From Thermodesulfobacteriota bacterium (GTDB taxonomy: Bacteria; Desulfobacterota; Desulfobulbia; Desulfobulbales; SURF-16): a stretch of DNA of 33,684 bases. The translations under genes were made by a program, and so were the position numbers. The DNA lies in contig JBFMAY010000044.1 in the NCBI GenBank assembly GCA_040755455.1, forward strand, positions 1-33,684, in the 5' to 3' direction. Below the pieces are notes generated by a model, which was not told where the DNA came from, ran no database searches, and worked only from the letters and a program-made list of their open reading frames with translations. Of the stretch, positions 16,476-26,034 are shown one piece after another; position 1 is the first letter of the stretch; each line of letters opens with the position of its first letter.

Positions 16476-17861
16476 TTGTATAATAAAACCAAACATATTC
16501 ATTTTGTCGGCATTGGCGGCATCGGCATGAGCGGTATCGCCGAGTTGCTGCTCAACCTGGGCTATAGTGTCAGCGGTTCTGATCTGAGGCAGAGCGACAT
16601 CACCAGACGGTTGCAGAGCCTTGGCGGCCGGATTTATCAAGGCCATAACGGGGCATGGGTGGGCAATGCCGATGTGGTGGTGATCTCCTCGGCGGTCAAG
16701 GACAATAACCCGGAGGTGCTGGCCGCCAGGGAGGCCTTTATCCCGGTTATTCCCCGGGCGGAGATGCTGGCTGAGCTCATGCGCCTGAAGAAATACGGCA
16801 TCGCCGTGGCCGGCAGCCACGGCAAGACCTCGACCACCTCGCTGGTCGGCTGGCTGCTTGCCGAGGCCGGACTCGATCCCACCGTGGTGATCGGGGGCAA
16901 GGTAAACAGTCTGGGCACCAATGCCAAGCTGGGCGAAGGGGAGTTTCTGGTGGCGGAGGCGGATGAGAGCGACGGTTCCTTTCTTAAGCTGTCACCGGTG
17001 ATTGAGGTGGTGACCAATATTGATCTCGAGCATCTTGACTACTATAGGGACATTGACGAGATCAAGGAGGTTTTCCTGCAGTTTATCAACAAGATACCAT
17101 TTTATGGGGCTGCCGTGCTCTGTCTTGATGATGACCATGTCGCCTCCCTGCTGCCGCGGATTAAAAAAAGGGTCATAACCTATGGGCTGGTTACCCAGGC
17201 GGATATCAGCGGCCGGCAGTTGCGGGCGGAAGGACTGACCACCAGTTTTGAGGTATGCCGGGGGGGCGAGGTGCTTGGCGAGATCATGATCAATTTCCCC
17301 GGCCGGCATAACGTGCTCAACAGTCTGGCGGCGGTGGCCGTTGGGCTGGAGCTGGAGATCCCTTTTGCCAGGATCAGCGCGGCCCTGGCGACCTTTACCG
17401 GCGTGCAGCGGCGTCTGCAGATCAAAGGCGAGGCGCGGGGGGTAACGGTGATCGATGACTATGGCCATCATCCCACGGAAATCAAGGCAACCCTTGCGGC
17501 CATCAGAAGCGCCTGGCCGAGCCGCCGCCTGCTGGTCATGTTCCAGCCGCACCGTTACACCCGCACCCAGGGGTTGTTCAAGGAGTTCTGCACCGCCTTT
17601 CACGATGCGGACATCCTGATTTTGACCGAGATCTATCCGGCCAGCGAAAGTCCGATTGCGGGCGTGACGGCGGAAAATCTCATGATCGGCATCAAGGAGC
17701 ATGGCCAGCGGCAGGTCTATCTCGCAGCAGGCGTTGATGACCTGGCAGGTCAGGTGCAACCCATGCTGGAGGATGGGGACATTGTGCTTACCCTGGGAGC
17801 CGGCGATATTCTGCGGGCCGGCGAACAGCTTTTATCCGCATTAGGGGGCGTAACGAGATGA
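16476..17861 (+). CDS. murC: UDP-MurNAc--L-alanine ligase (TTG start)
   Basis: [53 protein letters not shown]. Confidence 0.98.
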   Translation: MYNKTKHIHFVGIGGIGMSGIAELLLNLGYSVSGSDLRQSDITRRLQSLGGRIYQGHNGAWVGNADVVVISSAVKDNNPEVLAAREAFIPVIPRAEMLAELMRLKKYGIAVAGSHGKTSTTSLVGWLLAEAGLDPTVVIGGKVNSLGTNAKLGEGEFLVAEADESDGSFLKLSPVIEVVTNIDLEHLDYYRDIDEIKEVFLQFINKIPFYGAAVLCLDDDHVASLLPRIKKRVITYGLVTQADISGRQLRAEGLTTSFEVCRGGEVLGEIMINFPGRHNVLNSLAAVAVGLELEIPFARISAALATFTGVQRRLQIKGEARGVTVIDDYGHHPTEIKATLAAIRSAWPSRRLLVMFQPHRYTRTQGLFKEFCTAFHDADILILTEIYPASESPIAGVTAENLMIGIKEHGQRQVYLAAGVDDLAGQVQPMLEDGDIVLTLGAGDILRAGEQLLSALGGVTR

Positions 17862-17953
17862 CCATAACATTTCTAGCCATTTCGTTACGGCCCTTTATGC
17901 CGGTTATAGTATTGGCATGTTGCAGTTGTTTTTACAACGGCATGGCTTGAGAG

Positions 17954-18970
17954 ATGGGGAGCGAGGGAATGTATGGAGCGGCAACGCATACCGCAAGTTG
18001 GGAAGGGCTAATGTCGCAGCCTGGTGGATCTGTCGCGCAACTGCCGGAATGGGCGTCCGGATTGCAGCATGCGCTGGCTGATCACCGGGGGGAGATTGTC
18101 TGGCATGGCACCATGGCCAAATACACCACCTTCAAGGTGGGGGGGCCGGCCGAGGCCATCGTTTTTCCCAAGGGACGCGATGAGTTGTCCCGGCTGATCA
18201 GGGGCCTGCAGAGCATGGGGGTTGCGTGGGTCGTTCTCGGCCGGGGCAGCAACGTGGTGATTGCCGATGAAGGTCTCAAAGGGGTGGCCATTGTTTTGGG
18301 CCGTGATTTCGGAGCGATTGAGCTGATTGAGGATGCCGGAGACAGCGTGTTGCTCCGGGTCGAGGCCGGCTGCAGTCTGGCCAGGCTGGTCAGTTGGGCG
18401 GTGGAGCGGGGAATGGCCGGGCTGGAATTTGCGGCAGGCATTCCCGGCAGCGTCGGCGGGGCGATTGTCATGAATGCCGGGGCCTGGCAGCGGGAGATGA
18501 AAGACGTGCTGGTCCGGGTCAGCATTATGGACGACCGGGGCGGCATCTCCACCAGGCCGGTTGAGGCAATGCGGTTCGCCTACCGGACCTGGGGGGAGAC
18601 GCAGGGCAGCATCGCCCTGGAGGGTTTTTTTCGGTTAAACAAAGACAACCCTGCGCTGCTCAAGGAAATTTGCCGCGAGCATCAGGAACGCCGGAGGATA
18701 TTGCAGCCGCAGAATATGGCCAGCGGTGGTTCCTTTTTCAAGAATCCGCCGGGCGGCAGAACTGCCGGTCAGTTGATTGATCAAGCCGGGCTCAAAGGTT
18801 GCACGGTTGGCGGGGCCATGGTTTCAACGGTGCATGCCAATTTCATCGTCAATACCGGCAGGGCCACGGCCCGGGACATCATTGAGCTGATGCGGCTTGT
18901 GCAGAAAACCGTTTACGAAAGATACGGCATCGCCCTTGAGCCTGAAGTCAAGATTCTGGGCCTGGCATGA
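17954..18970 (+). CDS. murB: UDP-N-acetylenolpyruvoylglucosamine reductase (true start may be ATG 18011)
   Basis: TTFKVGGPA, LGRGSNV, GIPGSVGGAIVMNAGA, GSFFKNPP, HANFIVN, LEPEV. Confidence 0.96.
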   Translation: MGSEGMYGAATHTASWEGLMSQPGGSVAQLPEWASGLQHALADHRGEIVWHGTMAKYTTFKVGGPAEAIVFPKGRDELSRLIRGLQSMGVAWVVLGRGSNVVIADEGLKGVAIVLGRDFGAIELIEDAGDSVLLRVEAGCSLARLVSWAVERGMAGLEFAAGIPGSVGGAIVMNAGAWQREMKDVLVRVSIMDDRGGISTRPVEAMRFAYRTWGETQGSIALEGFFRLNKDNPALLKEICREHQERRRILQPQNMASGGSFFKNPPGGRTAGQLIDQAGLKGCTVGGAMVSTVHANFIVNTGRATARDIIELMRLVQKTVYERYGIALEPEVKILGLA

Positions 18971-19812
18971 AAAGGAAAAAGAAAGGATTAAAGGTTTACC
19001 GGGCCAGCAATCACAGCTGGTTCGGCGACCAGTTGCTGAAAGTGATCAGCATCGTCTTCGGGGTCATTATCGCGGGCGGCATTGCCGGCATCATCGCTTA
19101 CCAGGGACTGAGCCGGGCGGTTTTTTTCCAGGTTGAAGCGGTTGACGTCAAGGGCTGCGTCCGGACCACGCCCAATGAGATCCTTTCCTGGACCGGGCTT
19201 GATGTGAAAACCAATCTGTGGGCGGTGCGCATAGGGCGGATCCGCAAGAAACTGGAAAGCCAGAGCTGGATAGCCACGGCAGAGGTGAAAAGGAACTGGC
19301 CGAACAAGCTGGCCATTGTCGTCAGGGAGCGCAAGCCCGTTGCCATGGTGAGCATGAAAGCCGGCCTCTATTATGTGGATAAGGGCGGCGTGGTTTTTGC
19401 GGAAGTGCTGCCGGTTGATGACCGGGATTTTCCGGTCATCACAGGACTGGAAATAGCCAATGTTCCGGGGGGCAAGGAAGAGGAACGGTTACAGGAGACG
19501 CTTGAATTTATCGGCTATGCGGAAAAAGGGACTGTGGCCCTGCCGAAACAGAATATTTCGGAAATTCATCTGGCTCCGCAGGGTGGCCTGGTGCTCTTCA
19601 TGGCGGACCATGCCTTTCCTGTTCATCTCGGCAACGGGGACATGAAGACCAAGTATTACCGGTTAAGCACGGTGCTTTCCTGGCTTTACCGCAAACAGAA
19701 GTATGATCTCGCCGCTTCCATTGATATGGATTACCTGGCAGGGGCGGGAATGGACGCGGGACGCGGAGGCAGGGTGCTGGTTAGTATGAGTGATTACAAG
19801 GCGGTGCATTGA
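18967..19812 (+). CDS. ftsQ: Cell division protein FtsQ/DivIB
   Basis: Basic N-terminus, TM helix, POTRA domain (WIATAEVKRNWPNKLAIVVRERKP); directly upstream of ftsA. Confidence 0.9.
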   Translation: MKRKKKGLKVYRASNHSWFGDQLLKVISIVFGVIIAGGIAGIIAYQGLSRAVFFQVEAVDVKGCVRTTPNEILSWTGLDVKTNLWAVRIGRIRKKLESQSWIATAEVKRNWPNKLAIVVRERKPVAMVSMKAGLYYVDKGGVVFAEVLPVDDRDFPVITGLEIANVPGGKEEERLQETLEFIGYAEKGTVALPKQNISEIHLAPQGGLVLFMADHAFPVHLGNGDMKTKYYRLSTVLSWLYRKQKYDLAASIDMDYLAGAGMDAGRGGRVLVSMSDYKAVH

Positions 19813-19820
19813 GGAAACCT

Positions 19821-21053
19821 ATGGCAAATGTGGAAAGAGGGGAGTTGGTTGTCGGCCTTGATATCGGCACGACAAAGATATGCGCCGTAGTGGGCGAGGT
19901 GATCGAGAACCGGGTGGATATAATCGGTGTCGGTACCCATCCCTCTATCGGCCTGCGCAAAGGCGTGGTGGTCAATATCGAAAGCACGGTCAACTCCATT
20001 AAAAAGGCGGTGGCCGAAGCGGAGATGATGGCGGGCTGCAATATCACCTCTGTTTATGTGGGAATAGCCGGCAGCCATGTCACCGGCCAGAACAGCGACG
20101 GCGTCATTGCCGTCAAGAACCGCGAGATCCGTCAGGAGGAAATCGACCGGGTGGTGGAGAATGCCAAGGCGATTCCTTTGGGGCAGGACCAGGAGGTGAT
20201 CCATGTCATGCCGCAGGAATTCAAGGTTGACGGCCAGGGCGGCATCCAGGATCCCTTGGGCATGACTGGCGTGCGTCTCGAGGCCAAGGTGCACATCGTC
20301 ACCGGCTCGGTGACCGCAGTGCATAACATCATTAAATGCTGCAACCGGGCCGGGCTGGAGGTGGATGACGTGGTGCTTGAGCCCATCGCCTCGGCCGAGG
20401 CGGTGCTCACACCGGAAGAGCGGGAACTCGGCGTGGCCCTGATTGACATCGGCGGCGGCACCTCCGATCTGGCGGTATTCGCGGAAAATTGCATCCAGCG
20501 CACCTTTGTGCTGGGGATTGGCGGCAACAATCTGACCAATGATCTGTCAATCGGCCTGCGCACCCCGCTGAAGGCGGCGGAACAGCTCAAGGAAAAATAC
20601 GGCTGCGCCATATCTTCCATGATTGATAAGGATCAGGCCATCGAGGTTCCCAGCGTCGGCGGGCGGAAATCCCGCAAGCTTTCCCAGCGGGTCATGGGGG
20701 AAATCCTTGAACCGCGGGTGGAGGAGATGTTGACCCTGATCAATTACGAGCTGGCGAATTCCGGGGTGAAAAATCTGGTCAACGCAGGGGTGGTGCTGAC
20801 CGGCGGCACCTCGATGCTGGTGCATATTCTCGATCTGGCCGAGCAGATCTTTGATCTGCCGGTGCGTATCGGCTATCCGCGCAATATCGGCGGGGTGACG
20901 GATATTGTCAATACCCCGCAATGCGCCACCGGGGTGGGGCTGGTTATTTACGGTATGAAAAGCGAGTCGGAAAGAGGCTTCCGGGAGCGGGGAACAAAGG
21001 GCATCGGTGGCCTGGCCAAGAAAATTAAAGGGCTGTTCGGTAAGTTAATGTAG
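19821..21053 (+). CDS. ftsA: Cell division protein FtsA
   Basis: GLDIGTTKI, GLRKGVVVNIE, IDIGGGTSD, GVVLTGG, C-terminal amphipathic helix; GAGG RBS before ATG 19821. Confidence 0.98.
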   Translation: MANVERGELVVGLDIGTTKICAVVGEVIENRVDIIGVGTHPSIGLRKGVVVNIESTVNSIKKAVAEAEMMAGCNITSVYVGIAGSHVTGQNSDGVIAVKNREIRQEEIDRVVENAKAIPLGQDQEVIHVMPQEFKVDGQGGIQDPLGMTGVRLEAKVHIVTGSVTAVHNIIKCCNRAGLEVDDVVLEPIASAEAVLTPEERELGVALIDIGGGTSDLAVFAENCIQRTFVLGIGGNNLTNDLSIGLRTPLKAAEQLKEKYGCAISSMIDKDQAIEVPSVGGRKSRKLSQRVMGEILEPRVEEMLTLINYELANSGVKNLVNAGVVLTGGTSMLVHILDLAEQIFDLPVRIGYPRNIGGVTDIVNTPQCATGVGLVIYGMKSESERGFRERGTKGIGGLAKKIKGLFGKLM

Positions 21054-21142
21054 AGTAATTGCGGGTTTAGTTGTAAATTATAGGCAGGATTTCTACGGGC
21101 GACGACGTTCGGCGAGGTTCATCAGGACAGGGGGGGCGAAGT

Positions 21143-22321
21143 ATGGAGTTTCAAATGGCGGAAGACACATCAAGGGTAAAGATCAGGGTCTTCGGTATTG
21201 GCGGCGGCGGTGGAAACGCGGTAAATACCATGGTGGAAAGCAGGCTTCAGGGAGTCGAATTTATTGCTGCCAATACTGATCTGCAGGTGCTGGAACATTC
21301 CAAGGCCGACGTCCGGTTGCAGCTCGGCCCCACGGTCAGCAAGGGATTCGGCGCGGGTGCCAATCCTGAAAAAGGCCGTGAATCGGCTGAGGAAAGTATT
21401 GACGAGATCAGGAAATGCCTGAAGGGCAGTGACATGGTCTTTATCACCGCAGGCCTCGGCGGCGGCACAGGCACAGGCGCCGCACCGATCGTGGCCAAGG
21501 TGAGCAAGGAGCTCGGCGCGCTCACCGTGGCGGTGGTGACCAAGCCTTTTGTCTTCGAGGGCAAGGCCCGCATGAAAAATGCCGAGAGCGGCTGGGAACA
21601 GCTCAAGAAGCATGTGGACACCATCATCACCATTCCCAATGACCGTATTCTTTCCCTGACCCAGAAAAAAACCCGCTTTCTCGACGGCATGAAGATGGCC
21701 GATAATGTTCTGGTGCAGGCGGTGAAAGGCATAACCGATCTGATCAACCTGCCGGGCTATATCAATCCTGACTTTGCCGATGTCTGCACGGTGATGAATG
21801 AAATGGGGCCCGCGCTGATGGGCGCCGGAGTAGGCATTGGCGAAAACAGGGCCATCGAGGCGGTCAATATGGCCATTGCCAGCCCGTTGCTGCAGGATAT
21901 CAGTATTGATGGGGCCAAGGGCGTGCTGGTCAATATCTCAGCCCGTGAGGACACCCTGACCATGGCCGAGGTGACCGAGGCCACCAGCAAGATTTACGAA
22001 GAGGTGCACGACGAGGCCAATATCATCCTGGGGGTTATCTTTGATGATACGCTGGGAGAGGAGCTGCGGGTCACAGTGGTGGCCACGGGTATCCGAGTGG
22101 CGGAGGAGCTTGAGCCCCTGCCTGATAAGGTGACAGCCCTGCCGAAAAAGGCGGAGGCAAGAGCGGCCAATGCCACCCTGCCCTTCAGCGCGGAACGCAA
22201 ACTGCCCCAGGTGGCAAACGGCGGCAGCTGTCCTGAGCCGAAGCGTAAGTATACCACCATCAATATTTTTGATGAGGATGTGTTGGATGAGCCGACCTTT
22301 ATCCGGCGTAATGAGAATTGA
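21143..22321 (+). CDS. ftsZ: Cell division protein FtsZ
   Basis: GIGGGGGNAVN, tubulin signature GGGTGTG, T7 loop NPDFAD, C-terminal core LDEPTFIRR. Confidence 0.99.
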   Translation: MEFQMAEDTSRVKIRVFGIGGGGGNAVNTMVESRLQGVEFIAANTDLQVLEHSKADVRLQLGPTVSKGFGAGANPEKGRESAEESIDEIRKCLKGSDMVFITAGLGGGTGTGAAPIVAKVSKELGALTVAVVTKPFVFEGKARMKNAESGWEQLKKHVDTIITIPNDRILSLTQKKTRFLDGMKMADNVLVQAVKGITDLINLPGYINPDFADVCTVMNEMGPALMGAGVGIGENRAIEAVNMAIASPLLQDISIDGAKGVLVNISAREDTLTMAEVTEATSKIYEEVHDEANIILGVIFDDTLGEELRVTVVATGIRVAEELEPLPDKVTALPKKAEARAANATLPFSAERKLPQVANGGSCPEPKRKYTTINIFDEDVLDEPTFIRRNEN

Positions 22322-22551
22322 TGCAAGGATAACAAGCGTTTTCTCGCCGGTGCGGACCGGATAAACCGGGGAGGGAATAAGTTGCGCCCTTTCATCGACT
22401 TTATGCCGGGCCGGGCACTGGCCAGATCGGTTGCCCGTATCGGAGTTTTTGTACTTCTGCTTTCAGCAAAGGACCAATAAGACCAATTAAACGGATACGA
22501 CCAGCACGACCGGACGAAACTGGAACCATCAGGAAGAAGTGGACAGGCAAG

Positions 22552-24204
22552 TTGCCTGTTGCCCTGCTCTTTCCTAATGTTTACCGCATCGGCATGTCAA
22601 ATCTGGGCATGCAGCTGGTCTATGGCCTGGTCAATGCCCATCCTGACTTTGTCTGCGAACGGGTTTTTCTGCCAGACCCCCCCGCCCCGCCCCGCTCCGT
22701 GGAATCCTCCCGTCCCCTGACCGATTTTCCGATTCTGCTCTGCGCCGTGAGTTTTGAGCAGGACTATATCAATCTGCTCAACCTGCTTATTGGCGGGGGC
22801 ATAGAACCTTTTGCCGACCAGCGCGGCAGCAGGGACCTCATTGGCCCCGGCACTCCGCTGGTGGTGGGCGGCGGGGTGGCCACGTTCATCAATCCGGAAC
22901 CGCTGGCACCCTATTTCGACCTGTTTCTGCTGGGCGAGGCCGAGCCTGGCCTGGCTGATTTCCTGAACCGGCTGCTGCAGCATGCAGGTAAGGGTTTTCC
23001 TTTCCGGGAAGAGCTGCTGCTGGACATGGCCTTGAACCAGCCGGGCTGCTATGTCCCCTGCTTTTACGAGATGGAATACCAGGGCAGCCGGCTTGCGGCC
23101 ATCCATGGGCGCGGCAATGTCCCCTGTCCGGTGAAAAAAACGATCCTGACCGAACCCGCGGTTGCCGGCCATTCGCTACTGCTGACCCCCGAAACCGAAT
23201 TTAGCGATCTCTTTCTCACTGAACTCGGCAGGGGCTGCAGCAGGGGCTGCCGCTTCTGCGCCGCCGGTTTTGTCTACCGGCCGCCGCGCCTCTGGCCGGC
23301 TGCGGCGATTATCAGGGCACTGGAGGAAAAGGCCGGGGAGACAAAGCGGGTGGGCCTGCTGGGCATGGAAATGGCCAGGGCTGATGATCTGGCCAGGATT
23401 GCCGAGGTGCTGGCCGCGTCATCCTGTCAGCTGTCCTTTTCCTCACTGCGGGCCGATGCCATCAGTCCCGCCCTGCTCAAACTTTTAGGGGCCAGCGGAC
23501 TGAAAACAGCGGCCATCGCCCCGGACGGTGGCTCGGAAAGGCTGCGGCGGGTGATCAATAAGGGAATTACCGAGGAGGAGCTGCTGTGGGCGGCACAGGA
23601 ACTGGTCAAGGCGGGGGTGACAAATCTGAAGCTCTATTTTATGATTGGCCTGCCCACGGAAACGGATGAAGACCTGCAGGAGCTTGTTGCCCTGACTTTC
23701 CGGATCAGGGAGCAGATCGGCGCGGTGGGCCGGGCCCGGGGCAGACTGCCCATGCTGACCGTCAGTCTCAACTCCTTTGTGCCAAAGGCCTGGACCCCCT
23801 TTCAGTTCTGCGCCTTTGCCGGGGTGCCGCAGCTGCAGGACAAGATAAAATTTTTGCGCAAACAGTTTGCCGGCCAGGCCAATATCCGCCTGAACGTGGA
23901 TAATCCGGATAATGCCTTGTTACAGGCGGTGCTTGCCAGGGGAGACAGAAAGGTGGGAGAAATGCTTTTTCATATGGCGGCATCAAACAGAAACTGGCGT
24001 CAGCTTTTCCGGCAGCATGGCATGGAGCCTGAGCAGTACACCAGGGAGCGGGGCCGCCATGAGGTTTTCCCCTGGGAGGTGATCGATCACGGCATCAGAC
24101 GTGATTATCTGTGGGCCGAACACCGGCGGGCCCTGGCCGGCAAGGGAACACCGGTTTGCGATACGGCAAGCTGCCGGCGCTGCGGGGTGTGCGATGGAAA
24201 GTAA
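22552..24204 (+). CDS. B12-binding-type radical SAM protein (TIGR03960-like); true start probably upstream of 22552
   Basis: FPNVYRIGMSNLG, CERVF, CxxxCxxC (GCSRGCRFC), LKLYFMIGLPTE, FVPKAWTPFQ, C-terminal CxxxxCxxCGVC. Confidence 0.88.
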   Translation: MPVALLFPNVYRIGMSNLGMQLVYGLVNAHPDFVCERVFLPDPPAPPRSVESSRPLTDFPILLCAVSFEQDYINLLNLLIGGGIEPFADQRGSRDLIGPGTPLVVGGGVATFINPEPLAPYFDLFLLGEAEPGLADFLNRLLQHAGKGFPFREELLLDMALNQPGCYVPCFYEMEYQGSRLAAIHGRGNVPCPVKKTILTEPAVAGHSLLLTPETEFSDLFLTELGRGCSRGCRFCAAGFVYRPPRLWPAAAIIRALEEKAGETKRVGLLGMEMARADDLARIAEVLAASSCQLSFSSLRADAISPALLKLLGASGLKTAAIAPDGGSERLRRVINKGITEEELLWAAQELVKAGVTNLKLYFMIGLPTETDEDLQELVALTFRIREQIGAVGRARGRLPMLTVSLNSFVPKAWTPFQFCAFAGVPQLQDKIKFLRKQFAGQANIRLNVDNPDNALLQAVLARGDRKVGEMLFHMAASNRNWRQLFRQHGMEPEQYTRERGRHEVFPWEVIDHGIRRDYLWAEHRRALAGKGTPVCDTASCRRCGVCDGK

Positions 24205-25621
24205 TGCGGCCGCCGACATGGTCGGCACCAAGCCATTCAGGCTGGTCAAATTCTTTTCCTTCACCAGCCTGGCCGTCATCCTGGCCGCCTCGCTGGTGCT
24301 GTCGCTGGTTATTTCCAACTATACGAAAAATGTGCTGCTGGAGCGCAGCGAGGCCTATAACCTGGTGCTGGCGGAAAATGTCAGCCACCAGATCTTCCAG
24401 CAGTTTGTGCTGCCGCTTGCCTTGCAGAACAAGCAGATAGCGGTGGAGGATCCCCGGCAGTTCAAGCAGCTTGATAAGGTCGTCCGCACCGCCACCCACG
24501 GCATGAACGTGCATTCCGTCACCATCTTTTCCAAGAAGGAAAATCAGGTGTCGTACAGCACCATCAGTGAAATTGTCGGGGCCAAAGATCTGGGCAAGGA
24601 GGAGTATGAACGGGCGCTGCTGGGGGAAAGCGTTTCGGTGCTGCGCATCAACGGCACGCTGCTGAACCTGCTGCCCGGCCGGGAGAAGATTACCTGCCAG
24701 CTGCGCACCTTCATCCCGCTGCGCAAGGAAAAACCATTCAGCCCGACCCGGGACGTCATGGGGGTTATTGAAATCGTCCAGGACCTGACCGGGGACCTGG
24801 ATGCCCTGGTCCGGCTGCAGGCATGGATCATTTTTACCTCGCTGGTCATCATGGGCGGCCTGTTCCTGGCCCTGCGCTACATTGTCGCCAGGGCGGACCG
24901 GATCATCGAGGCCAGGACGGAGGAGAGAAGAAAGCTCGAGCTCAAGCTCAATCAGGCTGAAAGACTGGCCTCGCTGGGCCAGATGGTGGCGTCGGTCTCC
25001 CACGAGATCAAGAATCCCCTGGGCATTATCAGGGGCACCGCCGAGATCCTGGGCAAACGGCTCGGCAAAATCGCCCCTGAAAACATGCACCTGGCAAAAA
25101 TCATTGTCGAGGAGACAACCCGGCTCGACGGCATTGTCCGTGAATTTCTTGACTTTGCCCGGCCCCAGCAGCCCAGGCTGCAGCCCCTCATGGTGAATGA
25201 TGTGCTGACCAAGGTTATTGATTTCATGGGGCCGGAGTTTGATAAGCGCCGGATCGTGGTGAAATGCAATCTTGACCCGGCACTGCCGAAGATTCAGGGG
25301 GATTTTGATCAGCTTTACCAGGCCTGCATGAATATCCTGGTCAATGCCATGCAGGCCATTGATAATGGCGGGAGCATTTTCGTGACCAGCGGGGTGGCGA
25401 TTGATCAGAAAAAGGTATTCGTGTCCATTGCCGATACGGGCAGCGGCATGTCGGAGGAGATGGTCGGCCAGATATTTCAACCCTTTGTCACCAGCAAAAA
25501 CAGGGGAACCGGACTGGGGCTGGCCATTGTCAAGAATGTCATTGACAGCCATCACGGGGTCATTTCCGTGGCCAGCAAGGCTGGGGAAGGGTCTGAATTC
25601 ATCATGGAATTCCCCTTGTAA
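24194..25621 (+). CDS. Membrane sensor histidine kinase (NtrB/ZraS-like)
   Basis: Two TM helices around a periplasmic domain; H-box SVSHEIKNPL, N-box NILVNAMQA, G1 DTGSGM, F-box IFQPF, G2 GTGLGLAIV. Start overlaps the radical SAM stop. Confidence 0.93.
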   Translation: MESNAAADMVGTKPFRLVKFFSFTSLAVILAASLVLSLVISNYTKNVLLERSEAYNLVLAENVSHQIFQQFVLPLALQNKQIAVEDPRQFKQLDKVVRTATHGMNVHSVTIFSKKENQVSYSTISEIVGAKDLGKEEYERALLGESVSVLRINGTLLNLLPGREKITCQLRTFIPLRKEKPFSPTRDVMGVIEIVQDLTGDLDALVRLQAWIIFTSLVIMGGLFLALRYIVARADRIIEARTEERRKLELKLNQAERLASLGQMVASVSHEIKNPLGIIRGTAEILGKRLGKIAPENMHLAKIIVEETTRLDGIVREFLDFARPQQPRLQPLMVNDVLTKVIDFMGPEFDKRRIVVKCNLDPALPKIQGDFDQLYQACMNILVNAMQAIDNGGSIFVTSGVAIDQKKVFVSIADTGSGMSEEMVGQIFQPFVTSKNRGTGLGLAIVKNVIDSHHGVISVASKAGEGSEFIMEFPL

Positions 25622-25672
25622 TCGGGCGAGAGGGGAAACGCTGCCTGCCCTTGAGCGGAGAATGGGGCTGGC

Positions 25673-25969
25673 TCAGGTTCTGGCTGCCTGATACGGGCAA
25701 GGATAGCCATGGGGAAAGCTGCGGCACTGATCGGGCCGGGCAGGGTAGACCAGGCAGCGCTCCATGGTGTCAGCCTGGACAAAAAAGATACACGATCTGT
25801 TCTCTTTCACCAGCAGAGAATAACGGTTTGCCATGTATTGCCGGCGTACCTCCCCATCAAGCAAGCCGAAGAAGCGGGCCAGCCGGTTGACATCCTCGGC
25901 CGTGATCAGCAGGACGGCGCCATCCGTCTGGTAACAGCAGTATGCCGGGCATCCGTTGCAGAAATCCAT
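25673..25969 (-). CDS. Small YkgJ-family (CxxCxxCC) cysteine-cluster protein
   Basis: CNGCPAYCC ... CIFF ... CLVYPARPDQCRSFP. Confidence 0.85.
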   Translation of the reverse strand: MDFCNGCPAYCCYQTDGAVLLITAEDVNRLARFFGLLDGEVRRQYMANRYSLLVKENRSCIFFVQADTMERCLVYPARPDQCRSFPHGYPCPYQAART

Positions 25970-26034
25970 TGCCGCGCCTCTTGTTGTCGAGTTTTTTTTA
26001 TGCCGGTAAATAGTTGTTTGCCGGAGGAGAGAAC

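Noticed and set aside
24095..25555. 486-aa minus-strand ORF (also 9724-10941 and 11233-12462)
   Set aside because: Shadows of the histidine kinase, murE and murF.
25673..25675. UGA readthrough as selenocysteine in Cys-rich ORFs, given selA in the window
   Set aside because: The UGA is not at a conserved Cys position and has no SECIS-like hairpin; no selenoprotein was identified in the window.
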